Counted from the stretch's first letter, positions 40,038 through 52,642 are shown. The stretch is 64,000 nt of DNA from Paraspadella gotoi (GCA_051294375.1 CM119264.1:7376103-7440102), one strand, 5' to 3'. Translations and numbers: made by a program. The notes: generated by a model from the sequence alone, not told the origin.

Positions 40038-43000
40038 ATGAAGTCAGCACTCATCTTTTTATTCGTGGCCACCTGCCTGCTGTTGCAAGTCACTGGAGGC
40101 CTTGGCAAAAGAAGGAAAAGATCCTTGAAGAAACAACTATCCGAGTATCTACTGTCCAAAAGAAGGGCGGCGACGTTTGACAAGAGAGGCAAGTGCGACC
40201 ACGATATCGTGGGATTGCTGAAACGAGACTGTTGCGACAAGGTTTGCACGTTCGAAGAGAGGGCCGAGTATTCCGAAGATTGCGGCTGGACTCGCACCAA
40301 CGACGTCGTCTGCGAGTTATCAATCAGGGAAGGCAAGTCCTGCAAGTGCAAGACCTCAAAAGGCGTTTTATTCGAGTGCGCTTCATCCTCTGTCGATGTC
40401 AATCAGGCTTGCATCTGCGGCGAAAGTAAATTTTGGTGTGGGACGGGACGGAAATGTGTTCTCAATAGCCAAAAGTGCGACAGCAAAAACGACTGCGGAA
40501 ATTACAACGATGAAAAGGGATGCAAGATCCCAACCGGTCTCTCGATCACCCTCGAGAGCGGGCAGCCTAGATATTCGGGTAATGTTTTTATAGGAGGGCG
40601 GCCAGTGTGCCGAACTGACTGGGGCACCAACGACGCAAAGGTTGTGTGCAAGCAGTTGGGATTTTCCGACCACACCAAGGCAAGGTCTTTTCAGAATGGT
40701 TATTTTGGCGCCACAGGTCGAAATTACATAATTAGCGAAGTAGAATGCACTGGTAGCGAAACAAACTTGAGAAATTGCCCGCACAATACAATGCCGGACA
40801 GTTATTGCCTAAAATATGAAGGAGCCGGCGTTGAATGCATGGATCCTTTGACTTTGACTTTAAAAGAGGGGGCTAATACTAAAGAAGGCTTTGTTTATCT
40901 CAGCGATTACGCCGCATGCAGCGACAGGTGGTGGCCGGCGGCGAGCCAGGTCGTTTGCAATCAACTCTTTAAAAGCGAAATGCATGGCACGGGAAACGTT
41001 CCGGTTTTCACGACGAGAAGTTACTTTCTTGTCTCAACTGACCGCTTTGTCATAAACTACGCGCGCTGCAACGGCGACGAGGACTATTTAACTGATTGCT
41101 ATGACTTCATGACTTATTTCAAATCATCGTGCCGGAGCGGAAAAAGAGTCAAAGTTCAATGTGCAAAATGTTTCGCCTCTGAATTGGTGTCGATTATACA
41201 ATCGGTGGTGCTGTCCAATGACGCAGCCCAAACCCGAAATTCGGTAAATCAGGCGCTGACAACATTGACCACCACTTGCTACAACTGGGATTGCTCAAAA
41301 ACCACCGACACGCATCCAGATTACTGCCTGACAAAAGCCGCCTTGGAAGACCTGGCGATCATTTTGGAAAACAGGGAAAAAAAATTTTTACTCACTAACC
41401 GGTTCAACGTGAAGGATAAACTTCAGCACAACTTTATCAAGAGTCAATTCAGCGATTTGCAGAATTCATTGAACGGGTTGCAAACACACATCACGAGTTT
41501 CCAGACTCAACTCTCACAATATTTTGTTCAGACTTCCCAGTATCAAGAGACGAGACTCCAAGGTGAAATTCGTGATCTTATTTCACTGGTGCATGACCTT
41601 AACATTGAAAAACAAGAACAAGAAGACAAGTTCGAGTCTTTGGTCCAAACCTTAGTAGCGCACAGTACCGCCAGCGTTGCTGCTGAATTCGCCCATCGCA
41701 TGATCAGACTTGCTTTCAGAATAGTTCAGACTTATGTTCAAAAAGATCCCACAGTGCTTTTTGACGTTGACGACGAACTTGCGGCTGTCGCCAAAGCAGG
41801 TAATAACTTTGCTTCCATTGCCTTTTTGGTTCAGTTAGTTCCGAAATTTGTTGCCACTTCTCAAAATATAGTCGACAATACAAAGGCGAATAAGGATGCC
41901 TTTCTTGCTTTAGCCCAGTTGTTAGACGACGAAAATGTTATGACATATGACCAAGCAAAAAGTTATTCAAGAGTTTCTATCGTAAGCCCCTACGGCGTTA
42001 CTGACTTATCAGATATGCAAATTTATCTGGAGGACATTGTGGATGGATTGTGCGATGTGCTTGTTGATGGTGAAACTCTTTCGAGCCAATTGGCACAAAC
42101 GGGAGCGACTGTGTCCGGAATTTGTCATAAAACTAAATTGCAAGCAGGAAAGGTCATTGCTTACCATGAACAAATACACGACGTATATTTAGGCATGTCA
42201 AATTACGTGAAAGATATTGCTAAAAGTAAACTCGAAGTACACCTTGCTGAACAAATGGCGGGAACTTTGTCGCATAGTTTAGGAAATCAAGTAAAGATGG
42301 CAATTACAAGACTACAATCCATGATAGTTTTGCGAGTTGAAAAACGTAACCTGATTCAAGAGGCGTGTCAAACCATAACTTACATGAATCACAACGTCGA
42401 GCTCCCTGCCTGCGCGAGTTTGAGAGTCAACATTGACGGGAGTCTTTCTCCTCTTTTGTCATTCGATTATGAGCGTGACATGTGCAGTGATTTTAGTACC
42501 GTTCAAAAATACATCAACTTTCCTCTGGACATGCAAAATCCCGAATTTGACATTACGGATATTTTACCACAATCCAGCAGTGAAGAAGGCCAACTGTACT
42601 TTGAAATACCCAACAATCAATGGTTGGCCGACCACGGTTGGATCGATCAATATTCCACTCGGTATGGACCCTTCTATCTTAAGAGCGTGCAGATCATTCC
42701 TCCTCCTATGTTCCCCGAGCACAGCTTGACGATATCTTCCACTGTTGCTGTGGTGGAAAATATAGTCGCCAATCAAGATTGGAATTTCCAAGAGAATCTC
42801 TCGGCCATGTCAAGCGTCTTGATGAACGGTGTCTGCAGCGAAAGCACCCGACCCAACCCCTACAACCTGCCCGGTTGTCCAACTAACTTGCCCGTCTGCT
42901 TGACGTCGGAGGGCAAGTTCGGAGGCCCCATGTACCCTAGCCTCAAATCCAAATTCAGCATCAAGTTCCGCCACAACAAACCCATTGCTCTTAACTTTCC

Positions 43001-43229
43001 CTCTCCTAAGACCCCGTTGTTCCTTAAGGCAAGGGTAGAGTTCTGCTACAAAAGCCAATCAAAGCGTGGACTGAAGGTCGAGAATTTCGAGAAGAGAGGA
43101 ACCTGTTGCGCCTCCAATGGAAGCTCTTATTACAACATTGCCAACCAGTTGAAGGGTCTTCCGCCATGTCAGGCGTGCCCGGCAGGGACGAAGCCTGCTA
43201 TGCATGGTTATTACTGCGAAGAAGCTTGA
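40038..43229 (+). CDS. Intronless secreted 1063-aa protein: signal peptide, basic propeptide, Cys-rich motif, LDLa, 2x SRCR, long helical region, beta-rich domain, C-terminal CxxCPxG module
   Basis: Uninterrupted 3192-bp ORF. Hydrophobic N-terminus MKSALIFLFVATCLLLQVTG; LDLa CGESKFWCGTGRKCVLNSQKCDSKNDCGNYNDEKGC (aa ~127-162); SRCR GNVFIGGRPVCRTDWGTNDAKVVCKQLGF..VECTGSETNLRNC..AGVEC (~170-268); second SRCR EGFVYL..CSDRW..ASQVVCNQL..CNGDEDYLTDC (~274-376); terminal CQACPAGT..YYCE. Confidence 0.92.
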   Translation: MKSALIFLFVATCLLLQVTGGLGKRRKRSLKKQLSEYLLSKRRAATFDKRGKCDHDIVGLLKRDCCDKVCTFEERAEYSEDCGWTRTNDVVCELSIREGKSCKCKTSKGVLFECASSSVDVNQACICGESKFWCGTGRKCVLNSQKCDSKNDCGNYNDEKGCKIPTGLSITLESGQPRYSGNVFIGGRPVCRTDWGTNDAKVVCKQLGFSDHTKARSFQNGYFGATGRNYIISEVECTGSETNLRNCPHNTMPDSYCLKYEGAGVECMDPLTLTLKEGANTKEGFVYLSDYAACSDRWWPAASQVVCNQLFKSEMHGTGNVPVFTTRSYFLVSTDRFVINYARCNGDEDYLTDCYDFMTYFKSSCRSGKRVKVQCAKCFASELVSIIQSVVLSNDAAQTRNSVNQALTTLTTTCYNWDCSKTTDTHPDYCLTKAALEDLAIILENREKKFLLTNRFNVKDKLQHNFIKSQFSDLQNSLNGLQTHITSFQTQLSQYFVQTSQYQETRLQGEIRDLISLVHDLNIEKQEQEDKFESLVQTLVAHSTASVAAEFAHRMIRLAFRIVQTYVQKDPTVLFDVDDELAAVAKAGNNFASIAFLVQLVPKFVATSQNIVDNTKANKDAFLALAQLLDDENVMTYDQAKSYSRVSIVSPYGVTDLSDMQIYLEDIVDGLCDVLVDGETLSSQLAQTGATVSGICHKTKLQAGKVIAYHEQIHDVYLGMSNYVKDIAKSKLEVHLAEQMAGTLSHSLGNQVKMAITRLQSMIVLRVEKRNLIQEACQTITYMNHNVELPACASLRVNIDGSLSPLLSFDYERDMCSDFSTVQKYINFPLDMQNPEFDITDILPQSSSEEGQLYFEIPNNQWLADHGWIDQYSTRYGPFYLKSVQIIPPPMFPEHSLTISSTVAVVENIVANQDWNFQENLSAMSSVLMNGVCSESTRPNPYNLPGCPTNLPVCLTSEGKFGGPMYPSLKSKFSIKFRHNKPIALNFPSPKTPLFLKARVEFCYKSQSKRGLKVENFEKRGTCCASNGSSYYNIANQLKGLPPCQACPAGTKPAMHGYYCEEA

Positions 43230-43416
43230 TAATCAATTATGAAAATATGATGACAATCTTGAAACGAAATGGCGAAAAAAATATTTTTTAGACTTTTCAT
43301 CATCTTGTAATTAATTAATTAATTAATTAATTAATTTTTAATGTCTTAATAGGGGATTTGGATTTTTGCTCGAAAAACGCAATCCTTATTAAACTTTGTT
43401 AATTTTTTTATTATGT

Positions 43417-43691
43417 TGATATCGTGGTGGATATTATCCACACCACCTCACGTCCACGATCGTTTAGCCAATACCATTGGCTCAGAGGGGGAACACACCA
43501 TCCCAGGTGTAGTGTTCCATCCACACCCACAGTCCTAACGACTTCCCTCTGCGTTGGCAAAGCGAGACCGTCCTAGGGTAACCGCGCCAGTTACTGGATG
43601 CGTCATTGAGGGTCGGAAGCCCCCAAAGCTAACAATGAGATGCCCCATCCCAATGGGCATCACAGGCAACCCGGCTCTTACCATAATATCA
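43417..43691 (+). mobile_element. Solo LTR-like element, family 2 (275 bp)
   Basis: GC-rich island in AT-rich DNA. TG...CA ends with terminal inverted repeat TGATATcgTGGT / ACCAtaATATCA. ATGTT overlaps both junctions (TSD length ambiguous). Many internal hairpins. No obvious sequence identity with family 1 outside the ribozyme core. Confidence 0.65.
43553..43633 (+). ncRNA. Twister ribozyme, type-P5 permutation (family 2)
   Basis: P5 GTTGGC(43553-43558)/GCTAAC(43628-43633); P2 GCGA/CCGC (3 of 4 paired); GA-CCG (43566-43570); P1 TCC-TA-GGG; TAA (43579-43581); T2 GC (43586-43587); P3 CAG-TTA-CTG; L4 GTCGGAAGCC (43612-43621); T1 CGG:CCG. P4 has one mismatch. Confidence 0.8.
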
Positions 43692-45556
43692 TGTTTTATG
43701 ATATTTAATTTGGTATTGATAAGGTGCTTTGCCGTAATTTTTACTCACTTTTACTTACGTACTAGATCGGAATTCGATTAAAGTTTTTAAGACAATTTAT
43801 TTTCTTGCTCTAACGTTCATTGCTCACTAACATTAATTGCTCACTAATTGGTTTATGAAATAAACAAATCATCGATATTTGGTTACAAAAATATATTTTA
43901 TGTTAGAAAAACTGAGGAAATCGTCATCCAAGTTCGCATTCACGTTTATTTCATTTTTTTTGGTCTTTATGCGTGTCGCCTAATCATTTTCACGATTTCT
44001 CACACTTAGTCTTTTCACATTTATTTTTTGCAGATTATCTTTTTCATTGCTTACTTTTTGAAAAACCTTTATGAGTTAATGTCACTGAATTCCAAGCTTG
44101 ACTTTCCACATTTTAATCTTTAAATTTTCCTTTAATTCTTCCCGCGTCATACTTTCCATTACTGCTTTCTACTCTTTCCATTTCCTTCCCATGATTCTTC
44201 ATTTGCGCGACGCCATCCCGTCGCTTCCGGCGACGAGTAACGCCCGGCGCCCCTCGGCGCCGTTCGGCATCGGAGAGGGCATCGGAAAGTCATTTCGCAG
44301 CATCTGGGTTTCGCATAGTCTCATTGTGAATCGCCTTTAGGCACGAGATATTTTCAGCCATACTATTGGGTATGATGTTTCGGAAAGTAAATAATGACAT
44401 CATGTTCCCTGTTAGTTATAGAAAGATGATTACGATGAAAAAAAAAATTGACAAAGCTGAACGAAGGAAATATAGTATTAGAGAATATTAACTTTCTCAT
44501 ATTGGGAACACTACGCCAATCGTGTGACAAACGATTCGACATTCTTGTTATTGTCTAAATTCTTAAAATATTTTTTACCAAAGTAGGGAACAGCAAGAAG
44601 TGAACTGTCTTTACTGAGTGAGAAAGAGACGGAGAAAAATCCTCGACGGTGAACGAAAACGAAAACTGGTCGTTGTGCGACAGACTGAAAAATCGAGTCG
44701 AGACGTCAGACTGGGAGAGAATTCATTTTCTGTGGATTCGTGAGACACGAACGCGTAACACGTCGACGGACTCCCGTTTACGACTCGGATGTGGACGCCA
44801 ACCGTTGCTGGTGTCAAACAGTGAACATTGAACAAAGTAGCAATAATTATATTATTTTACGGGAAAATATGACATTTTTCAAATTCATGTCCACTAAATA
44901 ATCAATAATTAATCGATCAATTCTTAGAATAGCACCCCAATATAAAAATAGAAATTCAAATATCGGTGTTGGACCTAAAAAGGTACCTGAAACCTAAGAG
45001 CCATCCCTAGACATAACATTCCACTGTATAAGGAGATTGTGAACAAAATTTCCAAAAAAATATTGTACTGCCTCTGAAGTGTTATTGAAATATGTAAGGT
45101 CAACACCCTGCAGTCAAAAATACAGCGTCTGATTATATTGACCCTAACGGAGACAAACTAGAAACGCTTACGATACCATGAATTTAAATAACGACGATGC
45201 GATGAGGCCGAGATAAATGTAAAGGCAATTTCTTGAGGGGCGCGAAGGTCCGACGGGTTCGCCTTTGAAAAAAAGACGATTTAGTTGATTGAGTTCAGAG
45301 TCGAACAATGGGTCTCGGTTTTGGGGAGAAGAACGAAAGACGGCAACCAATGGCGAGAACTAAATGTCTGAGAGAAAACGACGTTGCCATAATCCAAAAA
45401 CATGTTTATTTTACTTTGTACAAATAGTATAAATATTATGAGTAGGTAACTTTGTTGGCTTTACTCTTTTACTCTTATGCTCTTATGCTCTTCCCTTATA
45501 TTGATTGACTCTTCAAAATATATTCTCTGTTTTCCGTTACTCACTGATCATTACGT

Positions 45557-45672
<116 letters not shown>

Positions 45673-45758
45673 CCCAGTGATAAATGGTCAGTTCCGTCGA
45701 GGAGGATCGATCGGTGATGAATGTTTAGACCCGTCGACTAACCACCTTCTTCGTCGAA

Positions 45759-45944
45759 CGTGAATTAGATGAACGAAATGAATGCGTCATTGATGAACGC
45801 GACCTCATAGATTGTTTTTCGTGAATTAGATGAACGAAATGAATGCGTCACTGATGAACGCCACCTCATAGATTGTTTCTCGTGAATTAGATGAACGAAA
45901 TGAATGCGTCACTGATGAACGCCACCTGAAAGATTGCTTCTCGT
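45759..45944. repeat. Three-copy 61-bp tandem repeat
   Basis: cgtgaattagatgaacgaaatgaatgcgtca(c/t)tgatgaacgc..cct.a.agattg starts at 45759, 45820 and 45881. Confidence 0.95.
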
Positions 45945-46273
45945 TCAGTTTGATCATTCTTGGCCTGCATGAAAGTCCGTAACGCTACTATTGAATGTTA
46001 GAATAAATAATATTATATTAACATTTATAGTAAAGGTAAAACAGAAAAGGTAAAACAAGGAACGTTCACATGTTTCCTTACTTGTGTCGTTGATAAATGA
46101 CTATTATATCATAACAAATATTATTGCCATAAGCAAAGGACTATGCTTATAAACGCCAACAAAGATGGCCAGCAAGGAACGAGACCGCTAATGTTTCGCC
46201 CGCCGAGCGTTTACGGCTCGCGATGGAACCAGATGGAATCGGCGCCGACGTAATTGTCGACGCCATTTTGGAA

Positions 46274-46305
<32 letters not shown>

Positions 46306-48150
46306 TGTCCACGCGGAACTAGACCCACATCGTCGTCATCGTCGTCGTCTTTTTCATTGTCGTGATATTCGCTCCGAATTCCACAACCGGTCTTCGTTTT
46401 TGTCGTTGTTGTTGTTGTTGTCATCCTGATCTTCAACGTTCTTCCTTTGGTTTTTACGATCGTCGTTTTCGTGGTTGTCGTTTTCATTGTGGGCGTCAGA
46501 ATTTCCTTGAGTTGTTCCTTTGTCGTCGTCGTTGTCTTTTAATCATTTGCCCTTATTATTGCTCGTGTGTTGCCTGTATGTCTCGATCGTCAAATGGACA
46601 AACTCTACCCGTTTTAGTTTGATTTCAAGGGTAACGTAATATCAGGTCAATTTGCTATGACAACAAATTAATCTTTTTTACAACTAATCGATCGAAAATT
46701 CTCGCAGAAACATCGAGTTCATCCTTATCCAATTCACACGCGGCATTTTTTTGAGTATTTATAAACCATGCAGCACGTTCAAAACCTGACCCATCACCCT
46801 GTGCCTGTCACATTTCCGTCGTCTTTCTCGTCGACTTCGTCATCATCATTCATCTTGGTCGTCGTCGTGGTCGTAGTCGTCCTCGTCGTCGTCGTCGTCA
46901 TCGTCGTCACCCCTAATGCTTCATTCGATAAAACTCCCTTTCATCAAAGGAAAACCTTCTGCAGAATGGATTTTACTGTCGCCATCGGATTCGTGAATCT
47001 CTCAGCGATTGGCAATCTTTTCTCCGAACGGAGAAGAAAGGAAAAATAGGGAAGAAAAAAGGAAGAGAAAGTGAAAATGATGGAAAGCGGAAGTGAGAAG
47101 AAAAGAAAAGGAAAATTTAAACAGGAAAAAAGGGAAGACGGAAGGAAAAGAAAATAAAAAAAAGAAATAAATAAACAAACGTAGTCAACAATTAATCAAA
47201 AATATGAAATAAAAAACCAGTTCTACTTATACTTTAAATTTATAAAAAGCTTTTTTGAAAAAAAGAGAGAAAAAAAAAAAGAAATAGAAAGAGAAAAAAA
47301 AACGCTGAGAAGACAATAATATAATGGAATTAAAAGGAGTAAGAAAAGAGATTAAAGATCTGACTTGAAAGGAAGGAAAAGAATGGCTTCGCATAAAAGT
47401 CTCTCATTAAGACACGCGAGCTCTTTGTGAGGTGAGATTCTCAAGGTGTTTCGTCGTCGCATTAAGACATCTCCGTCTCTGTCTCTCTCTGTCTCTCTCT
47501 CTCTCATTCTCTCGCACACACAAACGCGCACGCATCATTTTCCCCTCTATCAACCTTCTCCGATTCCTCTCCTCTTTTTATAGATCGCTCACTACCCCGT
47601 ATGTCAATATGCAAATGAGGCCATTTCCTCGACCTTCCTCCACCTCCCTCTTCCCTCCCTCCCCCCCTCCCGCGGCTCACCCCCCTTCGTGGATATCCCC
47701 CCCCCAACTACCCTCTTTCTCAACCCGAAGAAAATCCCATTTTTGGTTAAAATATTTGCCCCCCGAGTTCCCATATGGAACCGACGGAGGTGAATGGAAC
47801 CGAGTCTTGAATGTAGTGGAATTCTTTGTGGGCAAACGAACCGTGGAACGACGGCGAAAGCCCCGGGAAAGTTGGAAATGGAAAAAGAAGGGAGGCGGGG
47901 GGGGCGGGGCGGGGAGGGAGAGTAATGGGGAAGATAGAAGTGTTGGAAATGGGAAGAAGAGGGAAGCACCTTTCTTCTCTCCCTCCTTTACGCGACGGGC
48001 AAAGACTGAGAATCGTTCGGTTGACCTTTTGTCGACCTTTTTCACAAAAAAAACAAAAAAAAACCCTGAGCGATTTGACCTGGTTGTTAACGGGGGTGAG
48101 ACGATGGGAGAGGAGGAACGTGAGGGTCGGTTGTGTGTGAGTGAGTGAGT

Positions 48151-48227
<77 letters not shown>

Positions 48228-48771
48228 TAAAACTAAAAAAAGAACCGAGCCGTTTTTTTTTTTCGTTTAACGGAGCGAAAGTTAAATTCGCGTTTTCTCG
48301 TTTTCCAACCCAAGAAATGTTTACGATTCACGATTTTCAATACTTTTTATGTGATAAAACGTTTTAATCTTTAAATTTAAAAAAAAATAATTACAATTGT
48401 TCTGAACTTCTGACAGACCCCAAATAATTAAACGTTTCCTGTAATACAAACTCTCGAAATTGCCCGCTTACATCATTCTCGTCATGATTCCCATAAAAAA
48501 ATTTTCAATTCCTTGATTTTATAAAATTCACTTCACAAAATATTCCTTCAACAGTCAACACCCCACGGTTTCGTCGGTCCCGTCCACACCCCAAACTCAA
48601 ATCTATCGTTAAAATCCCATCGACGTTTTTTTTTTTCGCTTCGCAATTTCTGTCTCGATAAACTTTTTTTTTATAAATGTTTTTCTCTCTTTTTTTTCCT
48701 TTTCAGATTTTTCTTCGTTTTTTCGGTCATCGACGTCGAATTTTTCGGTCGACCGACTTTTCGCGCCAAAG

Positions 48772-51337
48772 ATGAGACTGGCGCCGAAAACTTTGTCTTC
48801 TTCTTCGTCTTCAACGTCGTCTTCATCGTCTTCTTCTTCATCGTCTTCGTTCCCTTTTCCCGGACGCTCCAGTCTTGGTCCCGTCCTCAATTCCCAGCGC
48901 ATGACTCTGAAATCACCCATCAATGCCGTCGCAGCCGATGACGCGGCCGACTCCGCCGCCGCCGCCGCCGCTGAAGCAGACGCCCACTCAGCCCAAAGTT
49001 CATTGGCTGACATTCGTGGATATCGAGATCGATTTTCGTCCAAGCGTCTTCAAACGAGATCCTGGTGTGAAGGCGATGACGACGACGACGACGACGACAA
49101 CTTCGACGACGACGCAAATATCGACATCTTGGATCCAACGTTCGTGACAACCGATGAAGGACGAAGTCGCTTTGATAGAAGAAAGATTAACGACGTCAGT
49201 GAGGAAGTTGCGATCAAGGACGATGCCTCCAATGACGGAGCGTACAAAAATAATACAGACGGAGAAGATGGAAACACAAATTGTAAGGAAAAAGAGATAA
49301 AGAATAGAAACCATACAAGCTTGAAATGTGTTCGCCAAAGTGCAGTGAAAAAGGATAGCACGAAAGAAATCCTAACTGACAAAAGAGAAATTTGTAAAAA
49401 TGAGAAGGAATCGAAAAATTATATCGATTTAACCGGAATTATTACAAATGAATATGACAACAGGTTTAAACAATATTCGATCAATAACGATACAAACAAA
49501 AAAGGTGCGAATAAGAATGATCCAAACAACAAAGATGCCAACGAAAACGAAGCGAAGAAATACATTAAAGATCCGATCGTTGAGAAAAGGGAAAGGAAGG
49601 AGAGCGAGAGGAGAAGCGTCGAGGGAATTCGCGGCGCCGACGGAAACGACGCGTTAAAGATTCTTTTCGCCGGGGAGTTAGAGAAATCTCGGGGGAACGG
49701 CGCCGGCTTGGAGGTCGGCGCCGTGAAAGGAGGGGTCGGCACCGGCTTGGAGGCCGGCGCCGTGGCTGAAAAGGTCGGCGCCGTCGCTGAAGGGATTGAC
49801 AACGGCGTGGAGATCGACGCCGTGGCTGGCACTGTCGGCGCCGCTGGCGGGACTGTTGGCACCGTGGCTATAAAAAGGGGTGTTGGATACGTGGTTGCAA
49901 CGACGCTTGACGGCGGGGAGATGCGCGCGCGTCGGCGACTCGCCATTTCTGCCGTTAGACCTCGAGGGATGAAGTTGGCGTCGGGGGAATTCGTCCGCGA
50001 CAAATCTGACAACAAAAACAACAACGACGACGACAACGACGACGCAGACGTCTTTAGTCACCGCGACTCGAACTTCGACGTCCGCGCTAACATCTCGAAG
50101 CCGAAATCTGTGGACGGGGGCGTCGATTTTGACGTCGTGGTATCAGAGCGAAGACGTGACGAAATGGACCTCGATGTCAGTGACAACGAAGCGACGAATG
50201 ATGACGCTCGACGCCGCTTCGTGCCGGAAACTCAGCTCCGGCGACGATCGGGAACCGGGCGACGAAAAATCGATGGTGCCAGAGAGTCACGTGACTTCTT
50301 TCGTCTCGTTGACGGATTCGGAATTCGTAAATCACGACGACGAAATTCGTTTTTTCGAACTCAATCCCCTAGGTTCCTGTTTCATTCGTCCGAAGTTGTT
50401 CTCGGTGTCTTCAGTTTTAAAACAGTGAATCAGAAACGATGCGATCGAATCTTGACAATTACCAAATCTTCAAATCGTAATAAACTGACTCGAGCTCCAT
50501 CCTTCCTTTCCCGAACTTGTTCCAATTTTGACCGAACCTCGTCCCTCATCGTCCGAACTCCAGTTTTAGAAACGACATCCAGTGAAACTCGCGTCTCAAC
50601 TTGCGAATCACATCTCGATTCATCATCACCAAATTTATGCTTTTTCTTTGGCACCGAATTTTCTACGCGCTTCTCACCGATTCACAATCCTTTATTTTTA
50701 TCCGCACCTCGTGATTCGTTATTCGCCGCACAAAGTCGAGATTCGTTCGCAGATTCATGGAGTAAGGCGTCACCTTTTGATTCATCCTCTCGCTATTCAT
50801 CTTTCGATTCATTGTCGCACGATTCATTCATCGCTTCGCCCCCTAAAGATTCATATTACGATTTATCTACGAAGGCTTCGTTCATTTCTTCGCCCACTCG
50901 AAATTCGTTCCTCTCTTCGTCGAAACGAGAAACGTTCAAAACTTCGGACGCGTCTTCCCATGTCCATTCATTCCCTCAGTCCTCCCGAAAAAGAACTCAA
51001 GAGAAACAACAACAACAACAACAACAACGACGACGACGACGACGACCAAAGAAACCCCTTTTAGTCTTCCATTCTCTCTCGACGGGAAGTGACGTCATCG
51101 AGAGAATCTTCGCGGCGCCGCGACGCTGCGCAGATGAGAAAATCCATGACGCCATTTGGCGTCGGGGGAAACTGTTGCGCCGCCAAAGCCGGCATGGCGC
51201 TCATTTCCGCGGCGCCGGTTTCGGCGCCATCGCTTATCCCTTCGGACTCTTGGCGTTTCTTGTCTTTTGCCTTCGACCGGAAGTAGGAATCGACGCCGTC
51301 GACGTCGTCTCCGTCTCCAAGACGCAGAGACTCGCGG
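48772..51337 (+). CDS. Long low-complexity coding exon ending in a hydrophobic segment; possible first exon of a membrane receptor
   Basis: 2.6-kb stop-free frame with Ser-, Asp-, Lys/Asn- and Gly/Ala/Val-rich blocks. Near its end is a hydrophobic stretch GFGAIAYPFGLLAFLVFCL, followed by a consensus donor G|GTGAGT at 51337/51338. No recognisable domain. Confidence 0.45.
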
Positions 51338-52322
51338 GTGAGTTGAAAGAGACGATTTCGGTTGTTTGGGTGAGTTCGATTTCGTCAGCAACGATGCGAG
51401 ATGCGTGGTAATGATGCAGCATTCTGTAAATTTTTTTCTTTAGGATTATTTGACAATTATATTCGTACAACCAGAGAGTATTATCAAGTACATTAGGTTA
51501 AAATTTACCAACGTTGACAAATCCAAACTACGTGACTATTGGCTAATTATTTCGTCCTCTTTCGATCCCGCGACTTTAGTTATTTTAATAGTAATATTTG
51601 ACGTCGTTATAAGTCTTTATTAATCAATTTGACTCTGCAACCGCAAGTGTTGGATGAATCTAATTTGATTTCGACTTCGTAAGAATATATAAAAAAATAT
51701 TTCCACTCGCTCCCTGGATCCCTCACCGAGTTCCAGCCTGCCCTCCCCTCGCCTCCCCTCCCATCCCCTCCCCTCCCCTCCCCTCCCCTCCTCCACCTAA
51801 CAACCGCGCCCACCGATTGGCGATTGTTATTCGGCGACGAACTCGAGACTCAACAATCGTGGGACGAGTTTGGGGGGCGTGGAGAGGCGCGCTCGATGGA
51901 CGCCTCCCGTTCGTTGAAGGCGGCGTCGGCGGTTTCGTCGTCGGCGGCGTCGCTGGCGCCATCGACGCCTTTTGTTCCATTCATTGGGACGCGATTTCGC
52001 TTTTGTCTTTATCCGTCCATTTGCATCCGTCGGTCTGGGTCTCCGGTCTCCCTTCTCCCTGTGTCCTCTTTCTGTCTGGGTCTCACTTTTTCTTTTTTTT
52101 TTCCTTTCTCTCTTTCTCTTTCAAAAAGAAGAAATAAAAAAAAGACAAAAAGAAAAAAAAAGAAAAAAGAAAGAAAGAAAGGAAGGAACAATAAAAGAAA
52201 TTAAAAAAAAAAGAAAAGAGAAAAATTAAAGTAAGAAAACTATGGAAAAAAGTCTTATCAAAAACATTGAAAAAAATCCCTCACTGTCTTAGATTCAAAT
52301 CGTCAGATATAACCTTCGCTAA

Positions 52323-52356
<34 letters not shown>

Positions 52357-52556
52357 GCTCTCTCTCTCTCTCTCAAAACCATTGGAGGCTAAATAAGCGA
52401 ATAAATCATCAGATTTTCAAGAGACGTTTTGTGGTCTTTTGCGCCATTTAGTTGCGATGAGAAACCCGGGCGGTCCGACTCCCGACTTTCCTAAATCCCC
52501 CATTCCTCTGGATACTATTCTTTCCATTCCCCTATACCTTCTCTTTCCCACCCTTA

Positions 52557-52642
<86 letters not shown>

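Noticed and set aside
45759-45944. 61-bp tandem repeat containing CTGATGA and GAAA...GTC as a hammerhead array
   Set aside because: No pairing for stem II or stem I around the cores.
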